Assembly (NCBI GenBank): GCA_048498395.1
Contig: JBEHYB010000001.1
Span: 3,023 to 67,022 of the forward strand
From: Pseudomonadota bacterium
GTDB taxonomy: Bacteria > Pseudomonadota > Alphaproteobacteria > Micavibrionales > Micavibrionaceae
Length of the DNA stretch: 64,000 nucleotides
Direction: 5' to 3'
Positions 10,183 through 20,597 of the stretch are shown here, in pieces. Position 1 is the stretch's first letter, and every line of letters starts with the position of its first letter. A program made the translations under genes and the position numbers. The notes below the pieces were generated by a model. The model was not told where the DNA came from. It saw only the letters and a list, made by a program, of their open reading frames with translations, and made no database searches.

Positions 10183-11522
10183 GTATATATGCCAATAAGG
10201 GCGACCTGACGACTGGATCTATCCGCAGCCACCTCGTCCGCCTGACCCTGCCGATGGTCACTGGCCTTTTCGCCATGATCAGTTTTCAATTGGTCAATAC
10301 TTTTTACATTTCACGGCTGGGTACGGCACCTCTCGCCGCGATCAGTTTTACCTTTCCCGTGACCTATATTGTTTTCTCGCTGTTTCTCGGTTTTGGAATC
10401 GCGACTTCATCTGTCGTCTCGCGTCTACTCGGCGAGCGCAAGGAGGAAGATGTCCGCCGCATCGTCACACACTCGATGCTGATGGTTTTTATATTGAGCG
10501 TCTTCCTGTCCATAGTCGGCATTGCAACTTCGCGTTCCCTGTTTCTTTCGATGGGAGCTGATGAAACAATGGTTGAGCTAATAAAAGATTATATCCATCT
10601 CTATTTCTACGGAATTTTCTTTATCTGCCTGCCGGTTGTCATCAATTCAGCCCTGCGCGCAAGCGGCGACGCGCGGACACCTGCCTTGATCATCATCTCG
10701 GCGGCACTTGCCAACGCCGCGCTCGATCCGGTCCTGATATACGGCCTGCTTGGATTCCCGCGGCTTGAATTGCAGGGAGCGGCGATCAGCACATTGATCG
10801 CCAATATCTGCGCAACGCTGACCGGGCTTTATATCATGCACAAACGCGGCATGATCGCGCCCCATTATCTGAAAGATCTTTCGGCTTTCAAGAACTCCAT
10901 GAAGCGTATTCTCGTGATCGCGCTTCCCGCCGGGCTGACCAGCGGGCTGCCGTCTATCGTCAATTCGGTTATTCTCGGCCTGCTGGCCAAATCCGGTGCG
11001 GCAGCTGTCGCGGCCTTTGGTGTCGCGAGCCGCGTCGAAGCCTTCTGTTTCATTATCATGATGGCGCTTGCCTCAGGCATGGCCCCGATCATCGGCCAGA
11101 ATTACGGCGCACAGCGTCTGGACCGCGTACGTGAAACGATCAGGGACGCTATTATATTCTGCGTCTTATGGTCGCTCTCGGTTGCCGCCATACTCGGCCT
11201 TTTCGCGCATTCTTTTGCAAGCGTTTTCTCGAACGATGCGGAAGTTCAGAAATATATCATCCTCTATTTCCTGATCGTGCCGTTCTCCTATGCGCTCAGC
11301 AATATCGTGAATGGCTGGGCAAGCGCTTTTAACGCCATGGGCAAGCCGCAGTTTTCCGCAGGCATGTTGTTCACTAAACTGATCGTCCTGCTGATCCCTG
11401 GGCTTTATCTCGGCCATATGATCGCTGGCGTAACGGGCGTTTTCTGGGCGATCTCGATTATCAACATCGTAACGGGCATCGCCTTTCATTTATTCGGCAG
11501 AAAACATGCAGCTTCCAGCTGA
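10179..11522 (+). CDS. MATE family efflux transporter
   Basis: 447-aa polytopic ORF with a MATE-like N-terminus (LVRLTLPMVTGLFAMISFQLVNTFYISRLG). An ATGA overlap joins it to the RND gene. Confidence 0.8.
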   Translation: MSIYANKGDLTTGSIRSHLVRLTLPMVTGLFAMISFQLVNTFYISRLGTAPLAAISFTFPVTYIVFSLFLGFGIATSSVVSRLLGERKEEDVRRIVTHSMLMVFILSVFLSIVGIATSRSLFLSMGADETMVELIKDYIHLYFYGIFFICLPVVINSALRASGDARTPALIIISAALANAALDPVLIYGLLGFPRLELQGAAISTLIANICATLTGLYIMHKRGMIAPHYLKDLSAFKNSMKRILVIALPAGLTSGLPSIVNSVILGLLAKSGAAAVAAFGVASRVEAFCFIIMMALASGMAPIIGQNYGAQRLDRVRETIRDAIIFCVLWSLSVAAILGLFAHSFASVFSNDAEVQKYIILYFLIVPFSYALSNIVNGWASAFNAMGKPQFSAGMLFTKLIVLLIPGLYLGHMIAGVTGVFWAISIINIVTGIAFHLFGRKHAASS

Positions 11523-12462
11523 ACTTCGCGATCGTATTGAATCCCTTCTATCGACGGAAGATCGCCGGAAACTCTCTGCCGCCTATAGCGATGTCAGTCG
11601 CAAATACCGTCGCGAAGATGAACAGAGAGATTTGCAGATATCGTCCGATGACGAGGCAAAAGCCTATCTGGCGACACGATTTCCCGCAACATGGTGCGCG
11701 GTCTCGGATGTTCTCTCGAGATTTGTAGATATCGATCCCGATTTCTCACCTCTTTCCGTTCTAGATCTTGGTGCGGGGCCGGGCACGGCGACGCTCGCGG
11801 CCCGGAATTTATGGCCGGATATTACGCCGACGCTGATCGAGCCGAATACATATCTGCGCAACCTGGGCAAAGACCTGCTCGAAGGCGAATGGATCTCACA
11901 GAAACTGCAGCAATTTCCTATTGAGAAAAATTACGATCTTGTAATTGCGTCTTATGTCTTCAATGAAATTGAAGCTGACGCGACTTCCGTCTTTAACTCG
12001 ATCTGGGACAGGATGAATGGCGCGTTCGTGATGATCGAGCCGGGAACGCCGCAAGGATACCGGACAATCCTCGCCGCCCGCGATCATTTCCTGAAGCTTG
12101 GCGCAAATATCGCTGCACCCTGCCCGCACCAGCAAGCCTGCCCGCTCGCCGGCTCCGATCGCTGGTGCCATTTCTCGGTAAGGGTCGACCGTTCACGCCT
12201 GCACAGGCAGGTAAAGCCGGATGCCAGCCTTTCTTACGAAGATGAAAAATTTTCCTATCTCGTTATCACTAAGAATCCTACGAAAAAGCCCTATTTCCGC
12301 GCCCTTGGGGAACCACACGGCCAGAAAGTCATTAGTCTCGAGACCTGTCAGGATGACGGCGCTTTTGAAATCGTCCGGTTGTCCAAAAGAGACAGTCTTT
12401 ACAAGACTGTGAAAAAAGCGGGCTGGGGAGACGCTGTTCATGACGACGGAGAAGATGAGTGA
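11506..12462 (+). CDS. Rsm22-like small-ribosomal-subunit methyltransferase family protein
   Basis: 318-aa ORF with a SAM-binding DLGAGPGTA motif and a Cys cluster (CPHQQACPLAGSDRWCHF) as in bacterial Rsm22 homologues. It overlaps the MATE gene by 17 nt. Confidence 0.7.
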   Translation: MQLPAELRDRIESLLSTEDRRKLSAAYSDVSRKYRREDEQRDLQISSDDEAKAYLATRFPATWCAVSDVLSRFVDIDPDFSPLSVLDLGAGPGTATLAARNLWPDITPTLIEPNTYLRNLGKDLLEGEWISQKLQQFPIEKNYDLVIASYVFNEIEADATSVFNSIWDRMNGAFVMIEPGTPQGYRTILAARDHFLKLGANIAAPCPHQQACPLAGSDRWCHFSVRVDRSRLHRQVKPDASLSYEDEKFSYLVITKNPTKKPYFRALGEPHGQKVISLETCQDDGAFEIVRLSKRDSLYKTVKKAGWGDAVHDDGEDE

Positions 12463-13543
12463 TGAAGCTGAAATAGCTTTATTTATCACGCCACAATCTG
12501 CATGGGATTCCATGTTTGAAGATTGTGCAAAGGCGCAGCGCTCCATCGATTTTGAACAATACATTCTAAAGGATGACGAGGCCGGCATGCGCTTCCTTGA
12601 ACTGTTCCGCGCCAAGGCAAATTCCGGCATTGCCATTCACCTGATTCTTGACCGTGTCGGCAGCCGCTCTCTCTATGCTTCAAAGATCATTGCCGACATA
12701 ATCCAGGCAGGCGGTACGGTTCGCTTCTATAACAGGATCAATATTCTCAATCTTTTTGCGCCCAGAACATGGTTTCCGCGCAATCACAGCAAATTGATGC
12801 TCGTGGACAATAACGTTGCCTATGTCGGCAGCGTCTGCGTTTCAAAGGAAATGGCAGAGTGGCGCGACCTGCACGCCCGCCTGACAGGGCCGGTTGTGGC
12901 GGATATTCAAAATTATTTTACCCATGTCTGGAAACATCGCTATCGCAGCTGGCGGAGAGAATTCACGCGCGCCATAGGTAAGAAATTGAATGCTCCTCAA
13001 GAATTTACTTTTGTCGCTGCCCTGACCAGATTTCGCACGAACCTGATCTATAGGAACCTGATAGAGCAAATCAATCAGGCCCGGAAAAGCGTATATCTTG
13101 TAACACCTTATTTTCTGCCGCCATTCCTGCTGAGCCATGCGCTCTTTCAGGCGGCAAGGCGCGGTGTGAATGTTAAAATCATGATGAGCGCCAAAAGCGA
13201 TTCAGCGCTGGCGGATTATGTTTCCCAATCGTACTTCCATAAATTTTTGCGGCTGGGCCTTACAATCCTGCTTTACAAACCTACTATCATTCATGCGAAA
13301 TATGCAGTCATAGATGATAAATGGGCGACGCTGGGCAGTACCAACATGGATTATCTGAGCCTGCGCCGCAATCGCGAAGCCAATATCCTGATTAAAGATC
13401 CGGAGACAATTGGAAAATTGCACGAACTTTTCTCGAACGATGAAAAACAATGCGATAAAGTCGATTATGATTTTTGCAGGAAACGCCCCCTTTATGCGAA
13501 AATAGTAGGAAGGATTGGGCGCATCATGAAACAGGTTTTATGA
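12440..13543 (+). CDS. clsB: phospholipase D family protein / ClsB-type cardiolipin synthase
   Basis: 367-aa ORF with two HKD motifs (NHSKLMLVDN and IHAKYAVIDD) and no N-terminal TM segments, as in ClsB. An alternative ATG lies at 12455. Confidence 0.75.
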   Translation: MTTEKMSDEAEIALFITPQSAWDSMFEDCAKAQRSIDFEQYILKDDEAGMRFLELFRAKANSGIAIHLILDRVGSRSLYASKIIADIIQAGGTVRFYNRINILNLFAPRTWFPRNHSKLMLVDNNVAYVGSVCVSKEMAEWRDLHARLTGPVVADIQNYFTHVWKHRYRSWRREFTRAIGKKLNAPQEFTFVAALTRFRTNLIYRNLIEQINQARKSVYLVTPYFLPPFLLSHALFQAARRGVNVKIMMSAKSDSALADYVSQSYFHKFLRLGLTILLYKPTIIHAKYAVIDDKWATLGSTNMDYLSLRRNREANILIKDPETIGKLHELFSNDEKQCDKVDYDFCRKRPLYAKIVGRIGRIMKQVL

Positions 13544-14292
13544 AGATTTTATTCAGTAATCTAGGTTACGCGCGTGGTATCGATGGTTCCCTGTGGCATC
13601 ACGTATCCAGATTCGGCCGTCATTTTTACTGCCCCGTATCGCCGCAACAACAGGTCCTTAACCAGTTGAAGGACATGATGCGCACGGAGTCTCCGGATCT
13701 GTGTTGTTTCGTCGAGATTGACAAGGGGGCGCTTCATTCATCCAATTTCAACCAGATGGACGCTTTGCGCGATGACACATACTGTCATCACGACATCTCG
13801 AATAAATACGGTCCTGATTACTGGCTCGCGAAACTTCCGTTCCATGGCAGCAAGAGCAACGGCTTTCTCTCGACGACCTCTCATGTGTTTGAAAAGCTCT
13901 ACTTCAAGGCCGGGCGCAAACGCCTGATATATCGCCTGACGCTGCCTGGCGACATCGCACTTTATTTCGCGCATTTTTCACTTCAACGTGAAATTCGCGC
14001 ACGGCAATTTGCCGAGCTGCAAACACATATTCAGGATGACGGACGCGCATCCATCATCCTCGCGGATTTCAATATATTCAAAGGGTTTCAGGAACTCGCA
14101 CCTTTTATGAATGAAACCGGCATGAAAATCCTCAATCGCGACAATGTTCCGACTTTCAAATTTTATCGCAAAGAACATATTCTCGATCTCTGTCTTTGCA
14201 GCGAGCAACTCGCGGAGCGTATAGACCTTAAAGTTATCCCCCAACCCTATTCTGATCATGCCGCCCTGTTTCTTGAATTGAAGGACAGGTAG
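13540..14292 (+). CDS. endonuclease/exonuclease/phosphatase (EEP) family protein, YbhP-like
   Basis: I place the start at the ATG at 13540 (MKILFSNLGY), which forms an ATGA overlap with the clsB stop. The C-terminal SDHAAL motif is typical of the EEP family. Confidence 0.7.
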   Translation: MKILFSNLGYARGIDGSLWHHVSRFGRHFYCPVSPQQQVLNQLKDMMRTESPDLCCFVEIDKGALHSSNFNQMDALRDDTYCHHDISNKYGPDYWLAKLPFHGSKSNGFLSTTSHVFEKLYFKAGRKRLIYRLTLPGDIALYFAHFSLQREIRARQFAELQTHIQDDGRASIILADFNIFKGFQELAPFMNETGMKILNRDNVPTFKFYRKEHILDLCLCSEQLAERIDLKVIPQPYSDHAALFLELKDR

Positions 14293-14967
14293 ATGCGAAT
14301 TCCCGATCATATTACATGGCCGAAAAAGGCCGGCGAAGCTGTTGCGCTTCAACAGGAAATGCGAAGCCGGGTTTCTCTTAAAAATGACTTCGGCGATATA
14401 AAGACGATCGCCGGTGTCGATTGCAGTTACGATATGAAATCCAATATCAGCCGTGCCGTCATCTGTGTTTTCTCCTATCCCGGACTGGAACTTCTTGAAT
14501 CCTCGATGGCGCATCTCCCTACGGATTTTCCTTATATTCCGGGACTTTTATCGTTTCGCGAAATCCCCGTTATTCTCGAAGCACTGAAAATCCTGTCATA
14601 TTCGCCTGACCTACTGATGGTGGATGGCATGGGCATCGCGCATCCAAGACGTATGGGTATTGCGACACATCTCGGCGTGCTGCTTGATACACCGAGCATC
14701 GGTGTCGGCAAATCGCTTCTTTGCGGTAAATATGAAATGCCGGGCACGCTTAAAGGAAATCAAAGCGATCTTATTCACAAAGGCGAGAAGATCGGCATCG
14801 TCCTGCGCAGCAAGAACAACACAAATCCTTTATTCATTTCACCGGGGCATAGGATAGATTTCGACACATCGGTCAAATTCGTCATGGATTGCCTCGTGAA
14901 ATTCCGCCTGCCGGAACCGACCCATGTGGCCGATAAATTTTCGAAAATCCGGCCTCCAAAAGCGTAA
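14293..14967 (+). CDS. nfi: endonuclease V (deoxyinosine 3' endonuclease)
   Basis: 224-aa ORF with IAGVDCSY, PYIPGLLSFRE and GMGIAHPRRMGIATHLGV. The start codon directly abuts the upstream stop. Confidence 0.85.
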   Translation: MRIPDHITWPKKAGEAVALQQEMRSRVSLKNDFGDIKTIAGVDCSYDMKSNISRAVICVFSYPGLELLESSMAHLPTDFPYIPGLLSFREIPVILEALKILSYSPDLLMVDGMGIAHPRRMGIATHLGVLLDTPSIGVGKSLLCGKYEMPGTLKGNQSDLIHKGEKIGIVLRSKNNTNPLFISPGHRIDFDTSVKFVMDCLVKFRLPEPTHVADKFSKIRPPKA

Positions 14968-15027
14968 AGGCGGAACCTAACGCGTGCCTGCGCATTCGTT
15001 ATATTTGTTCAATTTTTACGGTCTTTT

Positions 15028-17019
15028 TTGATGTCTTTCATGCATATCCGCCAGCATCCCGTGATGTCCGCAATCAGCGCCATTCTGACGCTCGCCTGCC
15101 TATGCATCATTTCTCTGGTTGTCTTTTCCGAACCGCTCGCCCGTTTCCTGACGCAAAACAGAGGCAGCGAGAGAATCGGACGCGAGCTTGTCATCAACGG
15201 GCCTCTGAAGATTAACTGGCACCTGAAACATACCGATATCCATGCTGAGGACATCCGTCTTGGTAATGCGCCTGGCTATGACGAACCGGATATGATGACG
15301 ATAGAGTCGCTCGATTTTTCCTTCAACCCACTCAAACTCCTGATCGGCAAACTTGATCTTAGTAATGTCAAAATCAACAAGCCTTTTCTGATTCTTGAGA
15401 AGAAAGACAGCGGCGACAAAAACTGGGATTTTCCCGCCCTGTCCAAAGCCAACGTCGCGAGCCATACCGTGCTCGCCGATAACAGGCATAATTTTCCCCT
15501 TATCGGAAGACTCAACCTGACGGATGGCCGCGTCATTTATCGGGATCATGTACGGGGCCTCGATCTCGATCTGCAATTGAATACGGCAAGCGCTAATGGC
15601 GGCGAAAAAGGCAGCGATACCATTGCCGGGGGTTTCACGGTCGAGGGAAGCGGCCTGCTGCAGAAAAAACATTTCGAAGTGTCGGCTTCCGGCGGCTCGC
15701 TTGATACGCTACGCGAGACCAGCAAGGATTTTCCGCTGGATCTCAAACTCGTGATGGGATCAACCGAAGCGGTTTTAAAAGGCACATTCAAGGACCCCGT
15801 CAAGATGACGGGCGTGAACGCAACGCTCAATATTAAAGGGCACAATCTAGCGGATCAATTCTACCTGACAGCCATCCCGCTGCCGCCAACGCCTCCGTAC
15901 ACTCTCTCCGGGCAATTGACTAAGGCCGGAGACGTATGGGGATATAATGATTTTACCGGCAAGATCGGCGCGAGCGATATTTCAGGCAGCCTATCCTATG
16001 ATACAGGCGGCGATCGTGGATTCTTGAAAGCCAATCTGGTCTCGCACCTGCTTGCCAGCAAGGATCTTGGCGGCTTTATCGGCCTGCCGCCTTCCGGTGA
16101 AGAAGCGGCACCCGAGCAAAAAGCGGCCGCGGCGAAAAAGAAAGCCAGTCCCAAACTTATTCCCGACGTGCCGATCAAACTCGAACGGCTGCGGTCTTCG
16201 GATATGGATGTAACGTTGAAAGCTGAGAAGATAGACGCACCGAACCTGCCTTTTCAGGGCATGGACGTTCGCTTTGATTTGAAGAACGGTGTTTTGCGCC
16301 TCGATCCTCTCAATGTGATACTGGCAGACGGGACGGTTGACGGCACGATTGAAATCGACGGACAGAAAGATATTCCGCCGATGAAAATGGCGCTTAACCT
16401 GCACAGGCTGAGCCTCGGCCAGTTTTTCGCAGGCACGCGATTTGAGAAAACGACCAATGGCTATTTCGGTGGCAAGATCAACCTTGCCGGACAGGGACTA
16501 TCCCTTGCTGACGTGCTCGCGACCAGTAACGGCGAGTTTACGATTATCATGTCGGGCGGACGTATCAGCCTCTTGCTTGTCGAAGCTTCCGATCTCGATC
16601 TGGGGCAGGCATTGCCGCTGGTACTCGGAGACGATAAATCAACCGCCATCAGATGCGGCGTAGCGGATTTCCTGGTGAAAGACGGACTTTTGAATTCCAA
16701 AGTATTTGTGCTTGATACGACAGATTCCCTGCTGGTCGGAAAAGTCGGAATCGATCTTAAGCGTGAGGTTATCAACGCCAAGCTGGATGCAAAACCGAAG
16801 GATAACAGCCTGCTTTCGGCGCAATCACCCATCGTCGTCAGCGGCAAGCTGAAAAAACCGTCTATCGGACTTGATCCGGGCGAGATCGGCGTACGCGGAG
16901 CAGCGGCAGCCGTTCTCGGCACATTGCTGACACCTTTCGCTGCGATCTTACCCTTTATCGAAACCGGCAAAGTGCAGAATGCGGATTGCAGAAGTCTGAT
17001 CAATCAGGCAGGAAAATAA
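15028..17019 (+). CDS. AsmA family outer-membrane biogenesis protein
   Basis: 663-aa ORF with an N-terminal TM anchor and long beta-rich repeats with AsmA-like N- and C-terminal regions. Confidence 0.65.
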   Translation: MMSFMHIRQHPVMSAISAILTLACLCIISLVVFSEPLARFLTQNRGSERIGRELVINGPLKINWHLKHTDIHAEDIRLGNAPGYDEPDMMTIESLDFSFNPLKLLIGKLDLSNVKINKPFLILEKKDSGDKNWDFPALSKANVASHTVLADNRHNFPLIGRLNLTDGRVIYRDHVRGLDLDLQLNTASANGGEKGSDTIAGGFTVEGSGLLQKKHFEVSASGGSLDTLRETSKDFPLDLKLVMGSTEAVLKGTFKDPVKMTGVNATLNIKGHNLADQFYLTAIPLPPTPPYTLSGQLTKAGDVWGYNDFTGKIGASDISGSLSYDTGGDRGFLKANLVSHLLASKDLGGFIGLPPSGEEAAPEQKAAAAKKKASPKLIPDVPIKLERLRSSDMDVTLKAEKIDAPNLPFQGMDVRFDLKNGVLRLDPLNVILADGTVDGTIEIDGQKDIPPMKMALNLHRLSLGQFFAGTRFEKTTNGYFGGKINLAGQGLSLADVLATSNGEFTIIMSGGRISLLLVEASDLDLGQALPLVLGDDKSTAIRCGVADFLVKDGLLNSKVFVLDTTDSLLVGKVGIDLKREVINAKLDAKPKDNSLLSAQSPIVVSGKLKKPSIGLDPGEIGVRGAAAAVLGTLLTPFAAILPFIETGKVQNADCRSLINQAGK

Positions 17020-17023
17020 TCGG

Positions 17024-18268
17024 TTACGCTGCTTCTTCCGCCCTGACCTGCGTGCGACGGAATTTCGGCGACAGAGAGGCCGTGACCCCGACAACAAGCA
17101 ATGTGCCAATCCCGCCCATAATAATCGACGGAACAAGACCGAAGAGCTTGGCGGCAAGGCCTGATTCAAACGCGCCGATCTCATTGGATGAAATAATGAA
17201 CATGCTGTTGACCGACGAAACGCGACCGCGCATGACATCCGGTGTCAGGAGCTGCATCAATGTTCCGCGGATTACCATGCTCACACTGTCGAAAGCCCCG
17301 CTCATGGCCAAAAACAGGACGGAAAGCAGGAAGATTTTACTCAACCCGAAACCGATCATGCAAAGACCGAAACCCGTCACCGCGTATAGCAAACGGCGGG
17401 CAGAGATTATTTTCATCGGGCGCGTCGCCAGTACAAGCGCCATCGATACCGAGCCGATCGCAGGAGCCGCCCGCAAAAGCCCCAGCCCTTCCGAGCCGAC
17501 ATGCAGGACCTGATCGGCAAAAGCAGGCAGCATGGCCACGGCACCGCCGAATAAAACGGCAAACATATCGAGCGCCATCACGGATAAAAGCACTGGATTC
17601 TTAAGAATAAACGCCCAGCCTTCTTTGATGCTTTCGATCGCCGAAAGCCGATTGAGTTTTTCCCTGATGATATGGTCGACGCGAATCCCGGAAAGAATCA
17701 CAAAACAGGCAACCATACAGAACGCCGGCAAAATCCAGGCGACGCTTGCGCCAAATCCGGCAAAAATAAGCCCCGCCAGCGCAGGCCCGCCAATCGCTGC
17801 ACTTTGAAAGCTACTGCTCATCCACGCGGAAGCCGCCGGCATATCCGATTTCTTGACGATCTGTGACAATAGCGTGAATGAAGCCGGCATATAAAAACTG
17901 CGCGCTAATCCTGAGACAAAAACACCCACGAACATGAATGGCAGAAGACTGTGCGCACCTATCGCAACGTAGCCGCCCGCGAAACATAGCAGCAGCGCCG
18001 TGTTAATCATCTGGACGAACTGGCAGTATTGATAAATCTTTTTCGGCTGTGATATATCGACGACATGACCGGCGAATAACGCGCACGCAATTGCAGGCAC
18101 CGCTTCGGTCAGCCCGACAAGACCAAGCAGGAAAGGATCGTGGGTCATTGAGTAGACCTGCCAGCCGACGATAACAGCCTGCGCCTGCAACGCCAGCGCG
18201 CCGAACATGCGGGTCAGCAAAAGAAATCGGAAATCGCGATTCTGGAGAATTTTGAACGAAAGAGACAT
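17024..18268 (-). CDS. MFS transporter
   Basis: 414-aa ORF with about 12 predicted TM segments and a typical N-terminus (NRDFRFLLLTRMFGALALQ). Confidence 0.75.
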   Translation of the reverse strand: MSLSFKILQNRDFRFLLLTRMFGALALQAQAVIVGWQVYSMTHDPFLLGLVGLTEAVPAIACALFAGHVVDISQPKKIYQYCQFVQMINTALLLCFAGGYVAIGAHSLLPFMFVGVFVSGLARSFYMPASFTLLSQIVKKSDMPAASAWMSSSFQSAAIGGPALAGLIFAGFGASVAWILPAFCMVACFVILSGIRVDHIIREKLNRLSAIESIKEGWAFILKNPVLLSVMALDMFAVLFGGAVAMLPAFADQVLHVGSEGLGLLRAAPAIGSVSMALVLATRPMKIISARRLLYAVTGFGLCMIGFGLSKIFLLSVLFLAMSGAFDSVSMVIRGTLMQLLTPDVMRGRVSSVNSMFIISSNEIGAFESGLAAKLFGLVPSIIMGGIGTLLVVGVTASLSPKFRRTQVRAEEAA

Positions 18269-18359
18269 ATTATAGGCCGATCTGAAGGCAAAAGAGCTGT
18301 ATATAGTTTTAATTATCCTGAAAACATACTCTTTGCCAAGGCGACTTTTGTCGCAGCTG

Positions 18360-18800
18360 CTATTCGCCCGGCACCTTCACAACAGCCAGCAGCAATCCGA
18401 GTTTACGGATTGAGTCGGCAAAAGCTTCATATTCGACCGGCTTCGTCACATAGACATTACAGCCCAGCGCATAACAGCGTTCCACTTCGCGCGGATTATC
18501 CGTCGTCGTCAGGATAATGACCGGGATCAGCTTGGTCTGTTCGTCTTTCTTGATTTCTTCGAGGATCTGGAAGCCGTCAAGTTCCGGGAGATTGAGATCG
18601 AGAAGGATCAGCAAGGGGACCGGCGGACGATTTCTCTTATGTTCGCCTTTTCCCATCAGATATTCAGCCGCCTTACGCCCGTTATCAATATGAACGATTT
18701 CGTTCATAATGCCCGCACGGCGCAGATTCTTCTCGATCAGCTTGGCATGACCTTCATCGTCTTCAATCATTACGATCGTAACATGTTGTGGCTGGGTCAT
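18360..18800 (-). CDS. single-domain response regulator (receiver only)
   Basis: 146-aa ORF with an acidic pocket (IEDDE), the phospho-acceptor context LILLDLNLP and a conserved TKP. An ATGA overlap joins it to the upstream kinase gene. Confidence 0.85.
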   Translation of the reverse strand: MTQPQHVTIVMIEDDEGHAKLIEKNLRRAGIMNEIVHIDNGRKAAEYLMGKGEHKRNRPPVPLLILLDLNLPELDGFQILEEIKKDEQTKLIPVIILTTTDNPREVERCYALGCNVYVTKPVEYEAFADSIRKLGLLLAVVKVPGE

Positions 18801-20215
18801 TCATTTTCTCCCTTTTTTAAAGAATTGGAAATTGTGAAATAAAACGTGGTTCCCTGCCCGGGCGTGGACTCGCACCATATCTGGCCGCCCAGTCGGCGCA
18901 GCGTCGCGCGCACATAAGCCATGCCCATACCCTCGCCCGGAATATTCTCGATATTGCCGGCACGGCGGTAAATCTCGAAGACTTTCTGCTGGTCACCCAT
19001 ATGAATGCCGCGGCCATTATCTTTGACCCAGTATTTCGTCGCACGGTGCATGCGCAGCCCGCCGATCTCGATAAAACCACGGCGCTCAGGGTCCATATAT
19101 TTAATCGCGTTATCGATGATATTGGAAAATACCTGTTCCAATGAGAGTTGATCGGCGATGATGCTAGGCAAAGGCAGGACGCTGACTCCGACATTCTTAG
19201 CGGCGATGGTATGATGCAGCGTATCGAGGATGTGTCTGACAATCCTTTCCGGCTCAATTCTTTTGAATTCCATGTCGCGGCGACCGATACGCGATAATTC
19301 CAGTATGGCGTTTGTCAGCTTATCCATCTTCTCGACGGAAGAATGAATATAGCGAAGCGCATCGGGAATCTCATCATCGAGTATCAGATCGAGTTTTTTA
19401 CCGTCATCTTCGGAAAATGCTGTCTTGTTATCTTTAATTATAGGCCGTAATGCTTCGATACTGTATTTCATTTCCGTCGCGAAGCCCTTGAGATTGACAA
19501 GAGGCGAGCGAAGATCGTGCGAGGCGATATAGGTAAACCCCTCCATCTCCTTATTTATGCGGCGCAAATCATCCTCGGCGTATTTACGCCGGTAGGTCAA
19601 AAACCCGACGAGCCCGTTGGCAAGAAAGAGCCCGATCGCAGAAAATTCCGCGGTCGCGAAAAGTGTAGCGACATAGCTCTTACGTTGGTGCTGTTCTTCC
19701 ATCTGTCGTTCTTCAAGCAGACGACCTTCACTGGCAATGATTTTTGTATGAAGCGCGCGCACACGATCCATCGCATTCTTGCTTTCGGTGAAGTCGACAC
19801 TGTCGATTGAATGTGTTTCCCGCCATGTTGCGAGATGTTTTTCGAGCACGGCTCTAAAATCAATAATTGCCTGCTTATATTGAGCGACATCCCCCTGACG
19901 TTCAGCATTATCATTCGTCAGTTCAATCAGCTTGTCCATCGCCTCATTGAGATCTTCATTGGACCTCTCAAAAGGATCCAGGAAGCTCTCAACACCTGTC
20001 AGCAAATAGCCGCGCTGCGATGTCTGCATATCCTGAATATCAGTATAGACTCTATAGGCCTGGTTCATCACTTCATAGGTATGTGAAACCCATTGTTTTG
20101 TATCTGAAATCTGCTGATTTTTTTCGTAGAAGACATAGGCGATAATGTTCATGCCGAAACAGAACAACGCAAAAATAATCAGAAACCAGCGACGGAAATA
20201 ACCCAGCTCTTTCAT
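18797..20215 (-). CDS. sensor histidine kinase with CHASE3-type extracytoplasmic domain
   Basis: I prefer the start at the ATG at 20215 (MKELGYFRRW). It has the CHASE3 signature WVSHTYEV...TSQRGYLLTG, the H-box ASHDLRSPL, the N-box NAIKY, G1 DNGRGI and G2 GEGMGMA. Confidence 0.85.
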   Translation of the reverse strand: MKELGYFRRWFLIIFALFCFGMNIIAYVFYEKNQQISDTKQWVSHTYEVMNQAYRVYTDIQDMQTSQRGYLLTGVESFLDPFERSNEDLNEAMDKLIELTNDNAERQGDVAQYKQAIIDFRAVLEKHLATWRETHSIDSVDFTESKNAMDRVRALHTKIIASEGRLLEERQMEEQHQRKSYVATLFATAEFSAIGLFLANGLVGFLTYRRKYAEDDLRRINKEMEGFTYIASHDLRSPLVNLKGFATEMKYSIEALRPIIKDNKTAFSEDDGKKLDLILDDEIPDALRYIHSSVEKMDKLTNAILELSRIGRRDMEFKRIEPERIVRHILDTLHHTIAAKNVGVSVLPLPSIIADQLSLEQVFSNIIDNAIKYMDPERRGFIEIGGLRMHRATKYWVKDNGRGIHMGDQQKVFEIYRRAGNIENIPGEGMGMAYVRATLRRLGGQIWCESTPGQGTTFYFTISNSLKKGENE

Positions 20216-20360
20216 AAAATTATTTTCTCTATTTATTTTCCCGTGTAAATTTTTTTTACGTATAAATCCCGGCGTATGTAAATGCGAAAACAGCAGAAAA
20301 GATATCAATCCTTTCTGCCGTTTAAATTTCCGCCCTGCGTGAAATAATTTCCTCAGTTAT

Positions 20361-20597
20361 TTATTTCGGCGTTACGCCGCCGCTATCTGAAACACAACGC
20401 ACGACACGTACATGTTCAACTGTATTATTCATTTCTCTCTGGAGATGGACTGGCTGGCATTCGCCGTCGACCGTATCATGTGCGGCTGTATAAACGCGCG
20501 GGGCCTGCGATGCTGGGACAAAGCCGCTTCCGGCACATGCTGTAAGGGAAATAGCGGCGAGGGCTGAGACGGCTGCCATCCGAATATATGTTTTCAT
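20361..20597 (-). CDS. small lipoprotein of unknown function
   Basis: The start at 20597 is preceded by AAGGAG. The signal peptide carries a lipobox (AAISLTAC). Confidence 0.55.
   Translation of the reverse strand: MKTYIRMAAVSALAAISLTACAGSGFVPASQAPRVYTAAHDTVDGECQPVHLQREMNNTVEHVRVVRCVSDSGGVTPK

Noticed and set aside
13474-13539. Upstream extension of the EEP-family ORF (track start at 13474)
   Set aside because: The extension lies inside the clsB coding region. The ATG at 13540 forms a classic ATGA overlap with the clsB stop and gives a typical family N-terminus (MKILFSNLGY).
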